A DNA stretch of 64,000 nucleotides from an uncultured Candidatus Saccharibacteria bacterium (GCA_964577785.1 CAZOAK010000001.1:22398-86397), one strand, 5' to 3'; positions 27,218-38,705 are shown, counted from the first letter of the stretch. Notes: generated from the letters alone by a model not told the origin. Made by a program: numbers and translations.

Positions 27218-28600
27218 TTAAAAAGCCCCATCATCCTTTGTAAAATCTCCAATGTTTGATTTCTCTACACTCAGGAATGTTGTACGTTCAGCATCAAAGT
27301 ATAGTTCTATACTGCCTACTGGACCATTTCTGTGTTTGTCCACATGTATCTGGGCAATATTTTGTTTGTCAGAATCCTCCCTATATTTATCTTCACGGTG
27401 AATAAACATAACAACGTCAGCATCCTGTTCGATTGATCCAGAGTCTCTAAGGTCGGAAAGCTTTGGTCGCCCTGAGCCACCTCTTTTTTCAACGTCTCGA
27501 GAAAGCTGAGATAGTGCAAGTACCGGCACTTCAAGCTCACGAGCTAGCTGTTTTAGTGAACGAGAAATTTCAGTAATCTGCTGAACAACATTATCATTAT
27601 TCTTACTACCTGTCGGTGTTATTAGTTGTAGATAATCCACAACAATCATGCCAAGTCCTTTTTCTATCTTGAGTTTTCTGGCCACTGAACGCATTTTAAG
27701 GATATTATTCCCAGGCTGGTCATCAATATAAATAGGTGCTTTAGATAGCCGTTCAATAGAACCTCGGAGCTTTTCAAAATCGTGCTCGATAGATAATTTA
27801 CCTGTTCTGAGCTTCCATGCATTAACCATCGAATCAGCAGACAACATACGATCTACAAGTTGTTGGGAACTCATTTCCAGAGAAAATATTCCCACTGGAA
27901 TGTTGTGATGTACCGCCGCTTGTCGAGCAATGTCCAAAGCTAGAGCAGTCTTACCCATCGAAGGACGCGCTGCTAGAATTATTAGATCAGCCTTTTGAAA
28001 ACCAGAAAGCATATCGTCGAGTGCCTTGAATCCTGTTGGCACTCCACGAAGTTCATCCGTGGATTGATGAAGTCTTTCAAGTCTCTCCCATGCTTCATCC
28101 AGAGTTCCACTAAGTGGTATGAATTTTGCAATGTTAGATGAATTGCTAATATCAAAAATTTGTTTTTCTGCCCTGTCTAAAAGATCATCTGTATTTCCAC
28201 CTTCATCATAACCAAGCTCACTAATATCCTCCGCAGCAGAAATGAGACGGCGATGTGTATGTTTCTTTTTGACTAGCTCAGCATAGTGTCTAATGTTAGA
28301 TGCTGGAGGAATACTTTGGACAAGTTCTGCGAGATAACTTCTACCGCCAATTTTTTCTAAAATATTTTTATCAGAAAGCCTAGATGACATTGATATCATA
28401 TCTATAGGATCGCCTCTTCCGTTTAGCTCAAGCATTGTTTCAAAAATTGCTTTATGTTTATCAGCATAAAACGTTTCTGGAGTTAGAATATCTGTCACCT
28501 CATGGATAGCATCACTGCTCCGCATGATACCACCAAGAAGTGCCATCTCACTTTCTAGATGTTGAGGAGGGACGCGCATGTTTTTTTGAACTTTTTGCAT
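27218..28600 (-). CDS. dnaB: Replicative DNA helicase DnaB
   Basis: The canonical N-terminus 'MRVPPQHLESEMALLGG' begins at the internal Met (start set to MQKVQKNMRVPPQ at 28600). Walker A 'ARPSMGKT', plus 'HREDKY' and 'QLSR' motifs. Confidence 0.85.
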   Translation of the reverse strand: MQKVQKNMRVPPQHLESEMALLGGIMRSSDAIHEVTDILTPETFYADKHKAIFETMLELNGRGDPIDMISMSSRLSDKNILEKIGGRSYLAELVQSIPPASNIRHYAELVKKKHTHRRLISAAEDISELGYDEGGNTDDLLDRAEKQIFDISNSSNIAKFIPLSGTLDEAWERLERLHQSTDELRGVPTGFKALDDMLSGFQKADLIILAARPSMGKTALALDIARQAAVHHNIPVGIFSLEMSSQQLVDRMLSADSMVNAWKLRTGKLSIEHDFEKLRGSIERLSKAPIYIDDQPGNNILKMRSVARKLKIEKGLGMIVVDYLQLITPTGSKNNDNVVQQITEISRSLKQLARELEVPVLALSQLSRDVEKRGGSGRPKLSDLRDSGSIEQDADVVMFIHREDKYREDSDKQNIAQIHVDKHRNGPVGSIELYFDAERTTFLSVEKSNIGDFTKDDGAF

Positions 28601-28802
28601 AGGTCTAATTTTAGCACATCGACAAAATATGGAAGTATTGAAAGTCTCACAAACTGTGGGAGAAATGGGGACAACTGGTACTCCAGATTGCACACTTTGT
28701 GAAAACACGAAAATTTCTGGCTCAAAATTTTCTCCGTACGTCGCCGTCGCTCCTCTCGAGGTTTTCAAAAGTATGTAATCTTCCGTTTGAAGGTTTAATA
28801 CA

Positions 28803-28833
28803 AACAGCACCGTGGCAAAGTCACGGTGCTGTT
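28803..28833. terminator. Terminator-like hairpin, family A variant (aacagcaccgtg-gcaaagt-cacggtgctgtt)
   Basis: 12-bp stem. Confidence 0.5.
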
Positions 28834-28913
28834 TGTAATCATAGAGCTCAGAAAGTTTATTAAAAAACACCACACTTCTTGAGGAAATGGGTGCTTGAGA
28901 TTTTGATCTGTGT

Positions 28914-29369
28914 TCAGTCATGATTCGGTCCAGGTTTTTGAACCCAAACACCCTCAAGGATAGAATCACTATTCAGTCTGACGTACTTCGGCTCATTTCC
29001 TACGGTGAAATCTGCGCTTTCATAATTGAAGCAGAAGTACGTTACGCTTTTGTCGTAGCAAGTACACCCATTCGTATCGACATGTGTTTCCTGTAATCCA
29101 AATATGCGCCATCCCAATTCTGCTGTTGCAAGTTTTGGGTATGGATAAACCCTGTATACCCTACCTCGTTTCAGCACATTGATTGAAAATAGAAATCCAT
29201 TCTCCTTTAGGTAAGATGTACGAGACCGGGCCTGGCAGAAAAAAGTTATTGCCAAGACCAAGATGGGAATTATCACATCCCAGTAGGATGATGGCGTGAA
29301 CATGATGAATAAGCCTGCTAATGCGAATATTGAGAGAAGAAAAAGCCAGATTGCGTTAATAGTTCTCAT
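28914..29369 (-). CDS. Hypothetical membrane protein
   Basis: Two N-terminal TM helices. No domain recognised. Confidence 0.45.
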   Translation of the reverse strand: MRTINAIWLFLLSIFALAGLFIMFTPSSYWDVIIPILVLAITFFCQARSRTSYLKENGFLFSINVLKRGRVYRVYPYPKLATAELGWRIFGLQETHVDTNGCTCYDKSVTYFCFNYESADFTVGNEPKYVRLNSDSILEGVWVQKPGPNHD

Positions 29370-29533
29370 CTGAGTAAATAGACCAAAATGTTAACGAACA
29401 GTACACCAATCGCGGTGGACTTTGCCGTCAGCACCCTGGATTTGGTTTGAATTACAGCAATACTACATAACAGGTTGTAAGTTAGCAAGCTGGTCAGCCT
29501 GCCTGTCGGCAGACAGGGTTGTGGAAAAACAAA

Positions 29534-29563
29534 ATAATACAGCACCTTTGGGTGCTGTATTAT
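29534..29563. terminator. Terminator, family A variant (ataatacagcacc-tttg-ggtgctgtattat), after rplU
   Basis: 13-bp stem, T-rich on the minus strand. Confidence 0.65.
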
Positions 29564-29614
29564 TTATATTTGAGTTTTAAAGCTGTAACCTCTAACCTGA
29601 AACCTATAAGCTAA

Positions 29615-29902
29615 TTATTTAATTTCTGTAATTTTTACCTTAAAGAATGGTTGTCTGTGTCCGTTTTTCTTAAAATATCTACTTTTTTGTTTGTATTTGA
29701 TTACTATGACTTTAGCGTTTCTCCCGATCTCTTCTAGGGTTCCTGAGACCTTAGCACCTTCAATATAAGGAGTTCCAATTGTGGTATTTGAGCCATCATC
29801 AACTAATAGGACTTTGTCAAAAGTGATTTTATCACCTTCTTTTAAATCTCCTTTGATTTTCTCGATTTTTACTGACTCTCCAACAGACACTTTGTAAAGC
29901 AT
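29615..29902 (-). CDS. rplU: 50S ribosomal protein L21. The true start is probably a non-AUG codon a few codons upstream
   Basis: 'YKVSVGESVKIEKI...ITFDKVLLV...GHRQPFFKVKITEI'. The upstream in-frame 'VIPNGG' also matches the L21 N-terminus, but no ATG is there. Confidence 0.8.
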   Translation of the reverse strand: MLYKVSVGESVKIEKIKGDLKEGDKITFDKVLLVDDGSNTTIGTPYIEGAKVSGTLEEIGRNAKVIVIKYKQKSRYFKKNGHRQPFFKVKITEIK

Positions 29903-30027
29903 ACCCCCATTAGGAATAACATCGAATTATGAAGCTGTTTCCACCTTTTTTTCTTTAGTTTTTGCTGTTTTTGTAGGCATAGGACACATATTACGAAATA
30001 ATCACCAAAAAAGCAAGGGTTTAGAGC

Positions 30028-31104
30028 TTATTCAACTTCTTCCGGCTTCTCTATCGTATCCATTTCAAATCCAATAGATTCTTCCTTTTCTGTAATACGC
30101 ATGACATCCTTATCTATTTTCTTAAATTCCTTTGATGAATTATTATAGTGATTAACTACGGTTGTAATGCTCTGCCCCATTTTTTCATGCACCTCTGAAT
30201 ATTTTTTAAGGTGTGTGACTAGTTCTCCAACTCGCTTAATAATATCCTTCGCCTGCTCCTCTATTTGCATTGCCTTTAGTCCTTGAAGAATTGTCTGTAG
30301 ATATGCCAGAAATGATGTTGGAGAAACAATAATTACATGATATTTACTTGCAGCGCGTTGAATCAGATTTTCATTATCATCCTTGAGTGCTCCGATCTTA
30401 TTTATAATTAGGTCATAATATATAGACTCGTGAGGAATAAACATCATTGCGAAATCCATTGTTCCTTTACCTGGTTGGATGTATTTTGAAGTCTCAGTGA
30501 TTCTGTTCTTTAGATCGTTCACGAATATCTTTTCTAATTTCTCCTTTTCTGCAGGATTTTTTTCCTCAATAATTCTATTGTAGTTTTCTAAACTAAATTT
30601 CGAATCAATTGGAATTATTTTGTCTTTTACACGAACAATGGCGTCAGGAATAAGATCTCTACCCTCCTCATCTTTACCTAGCTGGTATTGCATCTCGTAC
30701 GAACCCGGCGGCAATACATTTTTGAGTAATGTTTCAAGATAATATTCCCCTAGAATTCCACGCTGTTTTGGGTTTTTCAGAATATCTTGAAGCCCTTGGA
30801 GTTGGTCAGCAAATGACACCACCTGCCTATTAGTCTCATCAAGTTTGGTTAGACCCACTGTCACATCCTTAATCATTTTTTGTGATTCTGAAAACTGAGT
30901 TTTCATAGAGTCCTGCATCATTGATGAAGTGTCGCGCATCTTTTCATCAACCACCTTAGATAATGTATTCATTTGCTCTAAAAGTAATTTGAATCCAATA
31001 TGGTCATCTTGCCCTGATTTCTTCTTGTTGCCTAGTATGACAAACAAAATATTGGCAATTATAAGGATTGCAATGACAATGAGTAAAATTGATGTTAATT
31101 CCAT
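30028..31104 (-). CDS. rmuC: DNA recombination protein RmuC
   Basis: N-terminal TM helix followed by a coiled coil and the RmuC C-terminal domain ('FAMMFIPHESIYYD...YHVIIVSPTSFLAYL'). The start is chosen at MELTSILL; the ORF is open to 31149. Confidence 0.75.
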   Translation of the reverse strand: MELTSILLIVIAILIIANILFVILGNKKKSGQDDHIGFKLLLEQMNTLSKVVDEKMRDTSSMMQDSMKTQFSESQKMIKDVTVGLTKLDETNRQVVSFADQLQGLQDILKNPKQRGILGEYYLETLLKNVLPPGSYEMQYQLGKDEEGRDLIPDAIVRVKDKIIPIDSKFSLENYNRIIEEKNPAEKEKLEKIFVNDLKNRITETSKYIQPGKGTMDFAMMFIPHESIYYDLIINKIGALKDDNENLIQRAASKYHVIIVSPTSFLAYLQTILQGLKAMQIEEQAKDIIKRVGELVTHLKKYSEVHEKMGQSITTVVNHYNNSSKEFKKIDKDVMRITEKEESIGFEMDTIEKPEEVE

Positions 31105-31207
31105 GTCAGTAAGTATAAAGTATAAAGTGGAAAGTAGAAAGTGTCCCAAAATTCATGATATAATGCCTAAATAAGGATTTAACTCCTTTTCACTTATAAC
31201 TAAATTC

Positions 31208-31654
31208 ATGCACGAACAAATTAAAGCCAAAATAAAAGAAGCAATGCTCGCCAAAGATTCTCTAAGATTAAATGTATACAGAGGTATTTCCGCAGCATTT
31301 ACAAGTGAAGTAATGGCAAAGGGCAAAACTCCACAGGATATGCTCGGAGATGATGATTGTCTCGTTGTACTTAAAAGACTATCAAAGCAGAGAAAGGATA
31401 GCATCGAGCAATTTGAAAAAGGTGGACGCCCAGAACTTGCTGAATCAGAAAAAGAAGAATTGGCAGTTATTGAAACATTTCTTCCAAAAGCGCTAGGTAA
31501 AGATGAGATAAGAAAAGTTGCAGAAGCTAAAAAAGCAGAGCTAAATATTACAGATAAATCTAAAGTAGGAATACTGACAGGTGCAGTGATGAAAGAACTA
31601 AAAGGTCAAGCGGATGGTGCTGATGTGAAGGAAGTTGTTGAGAGTTTATTTTAA
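31208..31654 (+). CDS. GatB/YqeY-domain protein
   Basis: 'IKEAMLAKDSLRLNVYRGISAAF...ELAVIETFLP...GILTGAVMKELKGQADGADVKEVV'. Confidence 0.8.
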   Translation: MHEQIKAKIKEAMLAKDSLRLNVYRGISAAFTSEVMAKGKTPQDMLGDDDCLVVLKRLSKQRKDSIEQFEKGGRPELAESEKEELAVIETFLPKALGKDEIRKVAEAKKAELNITDKSKVGILTGAVMKELKGQADGADVKEVVESLF

Positions 31655-32875
31655 AAAATTTATTTTTCTGATTTTTTTGTGATATCTTATCGCAAATCTA
31701 TGTGCTTCTGCGTTAGAAAGTAATATTTCTTTTCTATATTTAATTGCAAGAGTCTGATCACCCAGAACATCTTTTGGTTGATGTCTTGAATCCTTAACTA
31801 CTGAAACGACTGGAATTGTTAAATTATTTTTTTCTAAAATACTATTCATGGTATTTAATTGAGCTACACCTCCGTCTACTACAATGAGATTTGGCATTGG
31901 CCATTCTGTATGTTTTAATCGTCTTTCTAGTATTTCTGACAATGCTTTTGGATCATTTGATGATGAAACTGTTTTAATTTTGAATTTTCTATATTGGTTT
32001 TTATCGGCTACTCCATCAGACACAACGGTCATTACTCCCACCATATTATCTCCTGACATATGAGCAATGTCATAACTTTCTATACGAAAATTATGAGCTT
32101 TAAGTTTTTGGTTGTTATTTGTTGGGAAATAATCATTCTTAATCAGTGCAATATCCTGAATATGAGTCAGTGCATATATTCTATCTCGAAGTATTTTTGC
32201 CACTTCGAACTTTTGCTCTTTCGCTAACTTTTTCATATCTTTCTCCAGTTCTTTTACCACACCTTTAACATCACCTTTCAAAAATTTCTCAATTCTTTTT
32301 ACGCGCACCTCATAATAATGCTTTTCTATAGCACCGATACACGTCCCAGGACAGAGTCCTATTGTGTAATTAAAGCAAGGGCGTTTTGAATTCAAGTGAC
32401 ACTTTGCATCTCTGTAAGGAAAAATTTTCTGGACTATCTTAAGAGCCTCTCTGAGCTGTGCTCCATTAGTAAAAGGACCGAAAACAGATCGAGCAGTTAC
32501 ACTTTTCAAATCCTTTTTACGAATTACTAAAATCTGCGGGAAGTCTTCCTTGGTGATAACAACACAATTAAAACTTTTATCATCTTTTTCTTTTGTATTA
32601 TAAACTGGACGGAATTTTTTGATTAAATCTGCCTCAAGCAAAAGCGCCTCCAGAACTGAATCTGTTGGTTTAAAATCTATAGAATGAGCTTCTTCAAACA
32701 TTTTGACCAGCAATTTCCCTCTTGTTTGGATTAAATCTGAAGAAAAATAACTCCTAACTCTGTCTCTTAGTGATGTTGCTTTACCAATATAAAGAATCTT
32801 TTTTCGTTTGTTTAAGAAAAAGTATACTCCGGGAGTATCAGGAAGTTTGATTTTTTTAAAATTCTCAATAGTCAT
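31646..32875 (-). CDS. uvrC: Excinuclease ABC subunit C, short form (409 aa, no C-terminal HhH2)
   Basis: GIY-YIG 'PGVYFFLNKRKKILYIGKATSLRDRV', a UVR-like segment, and the endonuclease region 'RIESYDIAHMSGDNMVGVMTVV...YRKFKIKT'. Confidence 0.8.
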   Translation of the reverse strand: MTIENFKKIKLPDTPGVYFFLNKRKKILYIGKATSLRDRVRSYFSSDLIQTRGKLLVKMFEEAHSIDFKPTDSVLEALLLEADLIKKFRPVYNTKEKDDKSFNCVVITKEDFPQILVIRKKDLKSVTARSVFGPFTNGAQLREALKIVQKIFPYRDAKCHLNSKRPCFNYTIGLCPGTCIGAIEKHYYEVRVKRIEKFLKGDVKGVVKELEKDMKKLAKEQKFEVAKILRDRIYALTHIQDIALIKNDYFPTNNNQKLKAHNFRIESYDIAHMSGDNMVGVMTVVSDGVADKNQYRKFKIKTVSSSNDPKALSEILERRLKHTEWPMPNLIVVDGGVAQLNTMNSILEKNNLTIPVVSVVKDSRHQPKDVLGDQTLAIKYRKEILLSNAEAHRFAIRYHKKIRKINFLK

Positions 32876-33140
32876 ATATCTATATTATCAGTAAGTTGTA
32901 GTATTTCATAAAACGTAAACAGGACACCTTCAAATAATGATAAGTGTCCTGTCTGTGAAAATAAAAGAGCTTCCCACTTTGGTTATCACCTACCAAAAGG
33001 TTAGAAGATGGCTGGCATCTCCCATCAATTCTAGTGAGGTACTGGTATGTACGCCACCCCTCCCATAAGGTTGCCAGATCAGGCAATGAATTAATGTCAT
33101 CTGCATTTAAGCATGTTTATTCACAGATGTAAATACTAAC

Positions 33141-35762
33141 CTATTTATTTAAAACTTTTTTCAAATATTGGCCGGTGTATGATTTTTTGTTATTAGCAAC
33201 TTCCTCTGGAGTTCCTTTTGCCACCAATTGTCCCCCGCCATCTCCACCATCAGGACCTATATCAATTATAAAATCTGAACATTTAATAAGATCCATATTA
33301 TGCTCAATGACAACTACAGTATTGCCTTTGTTTACAAGAGTTTGAAGTATTTCGATTAATTTTTTAACGTCTTCATAGTGTAGTCCTACAGTCGGCTCAT
33401 CTAATAGATAAATTGTTTTTTGAATGTGACTTCTATAAAGTTCTGAAGAGATTTTGACTCTTTGCGCCTCTCCACCTGAAAGTGTTGTAGCGCTTTGCCC
33501 AAGTTTTACATACCCAAGCCCCACTTCATCTAGTGTCCTGAGTCTGTCATAAACAGTTGGAATATCTTCAAAAAATGCCAAAGCTTCTTCGATGGTCATT
33601 TCTAGAACATCAAAAATACTTTTCTTTTTATATTTTATTTCTAGAGTCTCTTTCATAAACCTCTTACCATTACAAACATCGCATGTGACATAAACTGTTG
33701 GTAAGAAGTGCATTTCTACTTCTATCATTCCATTACCTTCACAAGTCTCACATCGTCCGCCTTTGCGGTTAAATGAGAATCTGCCAGCATTCCATCCTCG
33801 CACACGAGCCTCTGATGATGCGGCAAATAGGTCTCGTATATGAGTCCACGCCCCTGTATAAGTGACAGGATTAGAACGGGGTGTGCGTCCGATTGGAGAC
33901 TGATCAATTAAGATTGTGCGATTTATATACTCTGTACCTGTAAATGATGAACAATTAAATGTTTGTGCAGTTCTGTGTTTTCTTTCAAGTTTTGCTTGTA
34001 AATTTTTGTGTAATATTTCATAAACAAAAGATGATTTACCAGATCCTGATACACCTGTTACTGTAACAAGTCTTCCTAGAGGAATCTCTACATTCATATT
34101 TGTGATATTAAAAATTTTACCTCCTGCAATTTTTATTTTACCTTTGTCTTGTGTTCGTCTTTCATCTGGAATTTCTACTTTTTCTTCTTCACGGAGATAT
34201 GCGAGGGTCAAGGATTCTGAATCGTTTTTCTTTGCAGTAATAAGATCATCCAAATATCCTGACACCACAACATTACCACCATGAACACCAGCTCCTGGGC
34301 CAATATCAATAATGAAATCAGAGGCGAACATTGTGTCTTCATCATGTTCTACAACGAGAATTGTATTACCTAAATCACGCAAATGAAGCAGTGTTTTAAT
34401 GAGTCTGTCGTTATCTCGTTGATGCAGACCAATTGTTGGCTCATCAAGCACATATAAAGCTCCTACAAGTCCAGAACCGAGCTGCGAAGCAAGTCTTATT
34501 CGCTGAGCCTCACCACCAGACAGAGTATTTGCTCGCCTATCGAGTGATAAATACTCGATACCAACATTTACCATGAATTTGAGTCGTGCTTGAATTTCCT
34601 TTATAACAACTTTAGAAATTTCTATATCTTTTTCACTTAGATCCAAATTATCAAAAAATTCCACAGCGTTTTTGATGGACATTTCAACTAAATTAACTAT
34701 GTTTATTTTGTGGCCAATATAAACATGGAGTGCTTCCGGTCTGAGACGTGCACCATTACAAACCTTACATAATTCATTTACAAAAAATTCTCGTGTACCC
34801 AAACCATTACACTCAGGACATGCGCCGTATGGGGAGTTAAAAGAAAATAATCGTGGTTCTATCTCAGGATATGAGAATCCATCGTAGGGACACATAAATT
34901 TAGAGGAAATTAAATGACTGTCAGTAGGAGTCTTAATGCGGAGTAGTCCCTCTGATTCAGTAAGAGCTCGCTCGATTGCCTCACTTAATCTTTCTTTGAA
35001 ACTTGGAGTATTTTCTTTTAGTTCTGAGAAATAAAATTCGTCCACCAGAACATCAATGTCATGCTTTTTGGTTTTAGATAATTCAATTCTTTCGCGTAGG
35101 TTCTTTTCTACTCCATCAACCATAACTTTTTCATATCCTTTACCTAAAAGATCATAAAGCATTTGATAGTATTCGCCCTTTCGTCCTACAACTATTGGAG
35201 AATAAATTTGAAAAGTTAATGAATCAATTTTAACTCCTAATATTTCTTTCGATCGCTTGCCATCTAGCAGTTTTGAATTGCTATCAGGGTCAATAGAATT
35301 AACTGTATGTAAAATCGTTTCAAATATTTCTTCTTTAGAAAGTTTTTTTATCTCTCTACCGCATTCTAGACAATGAGGCTTCCCTATTCGAGCAAACAAT
35401 ATTCTCAGATAATCATAAATTTCAGTGATTGTAGCGACGGTTGAACGAGGATTATTAGAACGAGACTTTTGATCAATAGAAATGGCTGGAGAAAGGCCTG
35501 TGATTTCATCCACGTCAGGTTTCTGCATTTGTCGAAGAAATTGTCGCGCGTAAGATGATAGTGATTCTACATATCTGCGCTGACCTTCAGCAAATACAGT
35601 ATCGAATGCAAAAGATGATTTACCAGAACCAGAAAGTCCTGTAACAGCAATCATTTTGTTGCGAGGAATCTCTACTGTAATGTTTTTGAGGTTATGAGTT
35701 CGGGCACCCTTAACAACAATTTTTTCTACATCCCTATCTAATTTTTTGACGTGTTTATGCAT
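33141..35762 (-). CDS. uvrA: Excinuclease ABC subunit A
   Basis: Two ABC ATPase modules ('GLSGSGKSS', 'GVSGSGKSS') with zinc-finger CxxC pairs. Confidence 0.9.
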   Translation of the reverse strand: MHKHVKKLDRDVEKIVVKGARTHNLKNITVEIPRNKMIAVTGLSGSGKSSFAFDTVFAEGQRRYVESLSSYARQFLRQMQKPDVDEITGLSPAISIDQKSRSNNPRSTVATITEIYDYLRILFARIGKPHCLECGREIKKLSKEEIFETILHTVNSIDPDSNSKLLDGKRSKEILGVKIDSLTFQIYSPIVVGRKGEYYQMLYDLLGKGYEKVMVDGVEKNLRERIELSKTKKHDIDVLVDEFYFSELKENTPSFKERLSEAIERALTESEGLLRIKTPTDSHLISSKFMCPYDGFSYPEIEPRLFSFNSPYGACPECNGLGTREFFVNELCKVCNGARLRPEALHVYIGHKINIVNLVEMSIKNAVEFFDNLDLSEKDIEISKVVIKEIQARLKFMVNVGIEYLSLDRRANTLSGGEAQRIRLASQLGSGLVGALYVLDEPTIGLHQRDNDRLIKTLLHLRDLGNTILVVEHDEDTMFASDFIIDIGPGAGVHGGNVVVSGYLDDLITAKKNDSESLTLAYLREEEKVEIPDERRTQDKGKIKIAGGKIFNITNMNVEIPLGRLVTVTGVSGSGKSSFVYEILHKNLQAKLERKHRTAQTFNCSSFTGTEYINRTILIDQSPIGRTPRSNPVTYTGAWTHIRDLFAASSEARVRGWNAGRFSFNRKGGRCETCEGNGMIEVEMHFLPTVYVTCDVCNGKRFMKETLEIKYKKKSIFDVLEMTIEEALAFFEDIPTVYDRLRTLDEVGLGYVKLGQSATTLSGGEAQRVKISSELYRSHIQKTIYLLDEPTVGLHYEDVKKLIEILQTLVNKGNTVVVIEHNMDLIKCSDFIIDIGPDGGDGGGQLVAKGTPEEVANNKKSYTGQYLKKVLNK

Positions 35763-35835
35763 TTGAGCTACATATTATAGCAGAAAAACATGACTTTGAC
35801 AAAATGTAGATTTATGATTATATAACTAAGGAAAA

Positions 35836-36150
35836 TTGCAATCTCAACACTACTCAATTATGAACCCAAATGATGAGCAGATTACACTCTATGTTCTTCT
35901 AACTATCGCACTGGCCGCACTCTTCATTCGTGGCTGCTGGCACTTTTACAACAAATACGTTGAGGAGGAATGTTGCCCTATATGCAAAACACGACTGGAA
36001 ACTAAAGCAAAAAGCTCACATGTCATTCAAAGAGGGATCAAAACCATTAAAATCGCAACCTGTCCAAAGTGTAAAGTTACTTTTCGCAGAACAGACATGA
36101 ATTGGACAGCGAGAAAGAAAATACTTCTGGGTGCGTGGGAGCGAAAGTAA
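35836..36150 (+). CDS. Small membrane protein with a zinc ribbon (CPIC...CPKC)
   Basis: One TM helix plus C4 cysteines. Confidence 0.4.
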   Translation: MQSQHYSIMNPNDEQITLYVLLTIALAALFIRGCWHFYNKYVEEECCPICKTRLETKAKSSHVIQRGIKTIKIATCPKCKVTFRRTDMNWTARKKILLGAWERK

Positions 36151-36207
36151 GCAATCGTCTGGCCTGTGGTCTGGCGATTTTTTATTTCTAAATTTTGACA
36201 AAATAGA

Positions 36208-36574
36208 TATGGGATGGTTATATAGTAAAAGATTAAAGAAACCACGATCTGAAACCAAAAAAACCACATTCATGAGTGCAATTCAGATGACATCAATCTT
36301 GGAACATAGACCTGCAGTTGGAGATCTTTTCTTCTTTCAGTACAGTATCATGCCTCGTAGGCTAGACCTCATCATAACTGATAACGGCTATAAGCCATAC
36401 ATATTTTCTGACACACGGGAAGTGGATGGGGCTGTGAACGTAACCACTGAATGCTTCTCACTTTCAACAAGAGAGGTTGTTGAAACGTATTTCAGTTGGT
36501 CTAGAGAAGTGAGGTTGACCCTGACCCTGTTTAATGGACCAAACTTTAGCATCTGGCGAGCTGTATTTAGGTAA
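36208..36574 (+). CDS. Hypothetical protein
   Basis: ORF with a terminator-like hairpin plus T9 downstream (36591-36630). Confidence 0.35.
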
Positions 36575-36620
36575 TAGAAGGTTCTTCCTCTAGAGTCTGA
36601 AACCACACCTGGTCTCAGCT

Positions 36621-38648
36621 CTATTTTTTTGCCTCTAACTTTTTATTTAATTCAATAATTTCATCCCGTAGTATGGCAGCTGTTTCAAAGTCTAACTCTT
36701 TTACAGCGAGTGACATTTGCTTTTCTTTTTCCTTTATAAATTTCTTTGGATCTTTTTCAAATAAGAAACTATCAACTGATAATAAGGAATCAATAGTATT
36801 TTTCCTTTCCGATTGAATCGTCTCAGTAATATCTTTAATATTTTTTAAAATTGTTTTTGGGGTTATTCCGTGTTCAGTATTGTAAGCAATTTGGATATTT
36901 CTTCTCCTATTTGTTTCGCCAATCGCCTTTTCCATTGATTTGGTCATGTGATCAGCATATAAAATAACCCTGCCCTCAACATTTCTTGCAGCTCTACCTA
37001 TAGTTTGAATGAGTGATGTTTCGGAACGCAGGAATCCTTCTTTATCAGCATCCAATATTCCAATGAGTGCTACTTCAGGCAGATCCAATCCTTCTCGAAG
37101 TAGGTTTACTCCCACAAGCACATCGAACTTCCCTCTTCGAAATTCTGTAAGAATTTGAATTCTATCCAAAGTCATTATGTCGCTATGCAAATATTCTGCT
37201 TTTATCTTTTTTTCCTTCAAAAATTCTGAAAGGTCCTCTGCCATTTTCTTAGTAAGGGTTGTTGCAATAACTCTAAAGCCTTTTTTGATAGTTTTTTCCG
37301 CCTCTTCAATAAAATCTTTTATTTGACCCTTGTAGTTTCCATTTTCAGTTACTGGTTTGATATCAATCTGAGGATCAATGAGTCCAGTTGGACGAATAAC
37401 TTGCTCCGCGATATTCTCACTATGTTCCTTTTCATATACACCAGGAGTTGCAGAAGTATAAATAACCTGTCCAACACTTTCCTCAAATTCATTAAACTTA
37501 AGAGGTCTGTTGTCAGCCGCTGATGGAAGTCTAAATCCGAAATCAATTAAATTCTTCTTTCTTGAAGCATCGCCAGCATACATTCCACCAATTTGGGACA
37601 CTGTCACATGTGATTCATCAATGATTGTTAAGAAATCAGGGCTACCGTCTGCCTTGTGTGGGAAATATGAAAGCAGCGTTTCTGGAGCCTCACCAGTTTT
37701 TTTATCAGAAAAATGTCGTGAGTAGTTTTCAATACCATTACAATATCCAACTTCGCGAATAAGTGCCAAATCATATGTTGTTCGTCTTTTTAATCTTTCT
37801 GCTTCAATATTTTTACCTTCTTTTTCTAATTCTTTTAAACGAGCTTTTAATTCTTGACTTATACTTTCTATTGCACGCTTCTGTCCAGCTTCGTCAGTGA
37901 TAAAGTGCTTGGCTGGAAATAAAAAGAAGACATCTATTTCTTCAATAATTTCTCTTGTAACAGCATCCACCTTAAAAATTCTAAGTATTTCATCTCCCTT
38001 AAAATCAATTTTGAATATTACTCTTTCATTAACTGGCATTATCTCTACCGTATTACCGAGAGCTCTGAATTGTCCGGGACTAAGATCTGCTATTGTTCTA
38101 TCAAAGTGTATGTCGATAAATTTACGCGCAAGATCATTCCGACTTATTTTTTGTCCAACATCCACTCTGACATTTACCTTTTCGTATTCTTTTGGAGATC
38201 CTAAACCATAAATGCACGATACAGATGAGACTATGATTACATCTTTGCGAGTCAGAAGCGCTTGAGTTGATGCATGCCGGAGACGCTCAATCTCTTCGTT
38301 TATTTGAGCCTCTTTTTCAATGTAGGTATCGGATGCACTCATGTATGCTTCTGGTTGATAGTAATCATAATAAGAAACAAAATAATGAACAGCATTTTCT
38401 GGGAAGAATTCTCGATATTCTTGAGCAAGCTGAGCCGCGAGAGTTTTGTTGTGTGCAATAACCAATGTTGGTTTACCAACATTATGTATTACATTCGCAG
38501 CAGTGTAAGTCTTACCAGAACCAGTCACCCCTAAAAGAGTCTGGTGCTTAAAACCTTTTTTAATTCCCTCCGTTAATGACTCTATGGCTTTCGGCTGGTC
38601 TCCAGCCGGAAGATATTCGCTCCTAATTTTAAATAGATTTGATTGCAT
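36621..38648 (-). CDS. uvrB: Excinuclease ABC subunit B
   Basis: 'LLGVTGSGKTYTAANVI', DEAD-like helicase motifs, and a C-terminal UVR domain 'ELDFETAAILRDEI'. Confidence 0.9.
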   Translation of the reverse strand: MQSNLFKIRSEYLPAGDQPKAIESLTEGIKKGFKHQTLLGVTGSGKTYTAANVIHNVGKPTLVIAHNKTLAAQLAQEYREFFPENAVHYFVSYYDYYQPEAYMSASDTYIEKEAQINEEIERLRHASTQALLTRKDVIIVSSVSCIYGLGSPKEYEKVNVRVDVGQKISRNDLARKFIDIHFDRTIADLSPGQFRALGNTVEIMPVNERVIFKIDFKGDEILRIFKVDAVTREIIEEIDVFFLFPAKHFITDEAGQKRAIESISQELKARLKELEKEGKNIEAERLKRRTTYDLALIREVGYCNGIENYSRHFSDKKTGEAPETLLSYFPHKADGSPDFLTIIDESHVTVSQIGGMYAGDASRKKNLIDFGFRLPSAADNRPLKFNEFEESVGQVIYTSATPGVYEKEHSENIAEQVIRPTGLIDPQIDIKPVTENGNYKGQIKDFIEEAEKTIKKGFRVIATTLTKKMAEDLSEFLKEKKIKAEYLHSDIMTLDRIQILTEFRRGKFDVLVGVNLLREGLDLPEVALIGILDADKEGFLRSETSLIQTIGRAARNVEGRVILYADHMTKSMEKAIGETNRRRNIQIAYNTEHGITPKTILKNIKDITETIQSERKNTIDSLLSVDSFLFEKDPKKFIKEKEKQMSLAVKELDFETAAILRDEIIELNKKLEAKK

Positions 38649-38705
38649 AGATAAATATTAATATAGCACTTCGCGCCCCGTAGCAAATTTGTAATCAAAT
38701 TTTAC

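Noticed and set aside
27218-28969. 583-aa DnaB ORF with a 123-aa N-terminal extension
   Set aside because: The canonical DnaB N-terminus (MRVPPQHLE...) begins at the internal Met at 28600, and the upstream extension has no similarity to DnaB. It is treated as 5' leader sequence.
32876-33140. A possible SRP (4.5S) RNA in the uvrC-uvrA spacer, based on a GC-rich segment and the ctggca/tgccag stem
   Set aside because: The conserved domain-IV GGAA tetraloop and AGCAG motifs are absent. More likely this is the uvrA terminator hairpin (acaggacac...gtgtcctgt) plus the uvrC leader.
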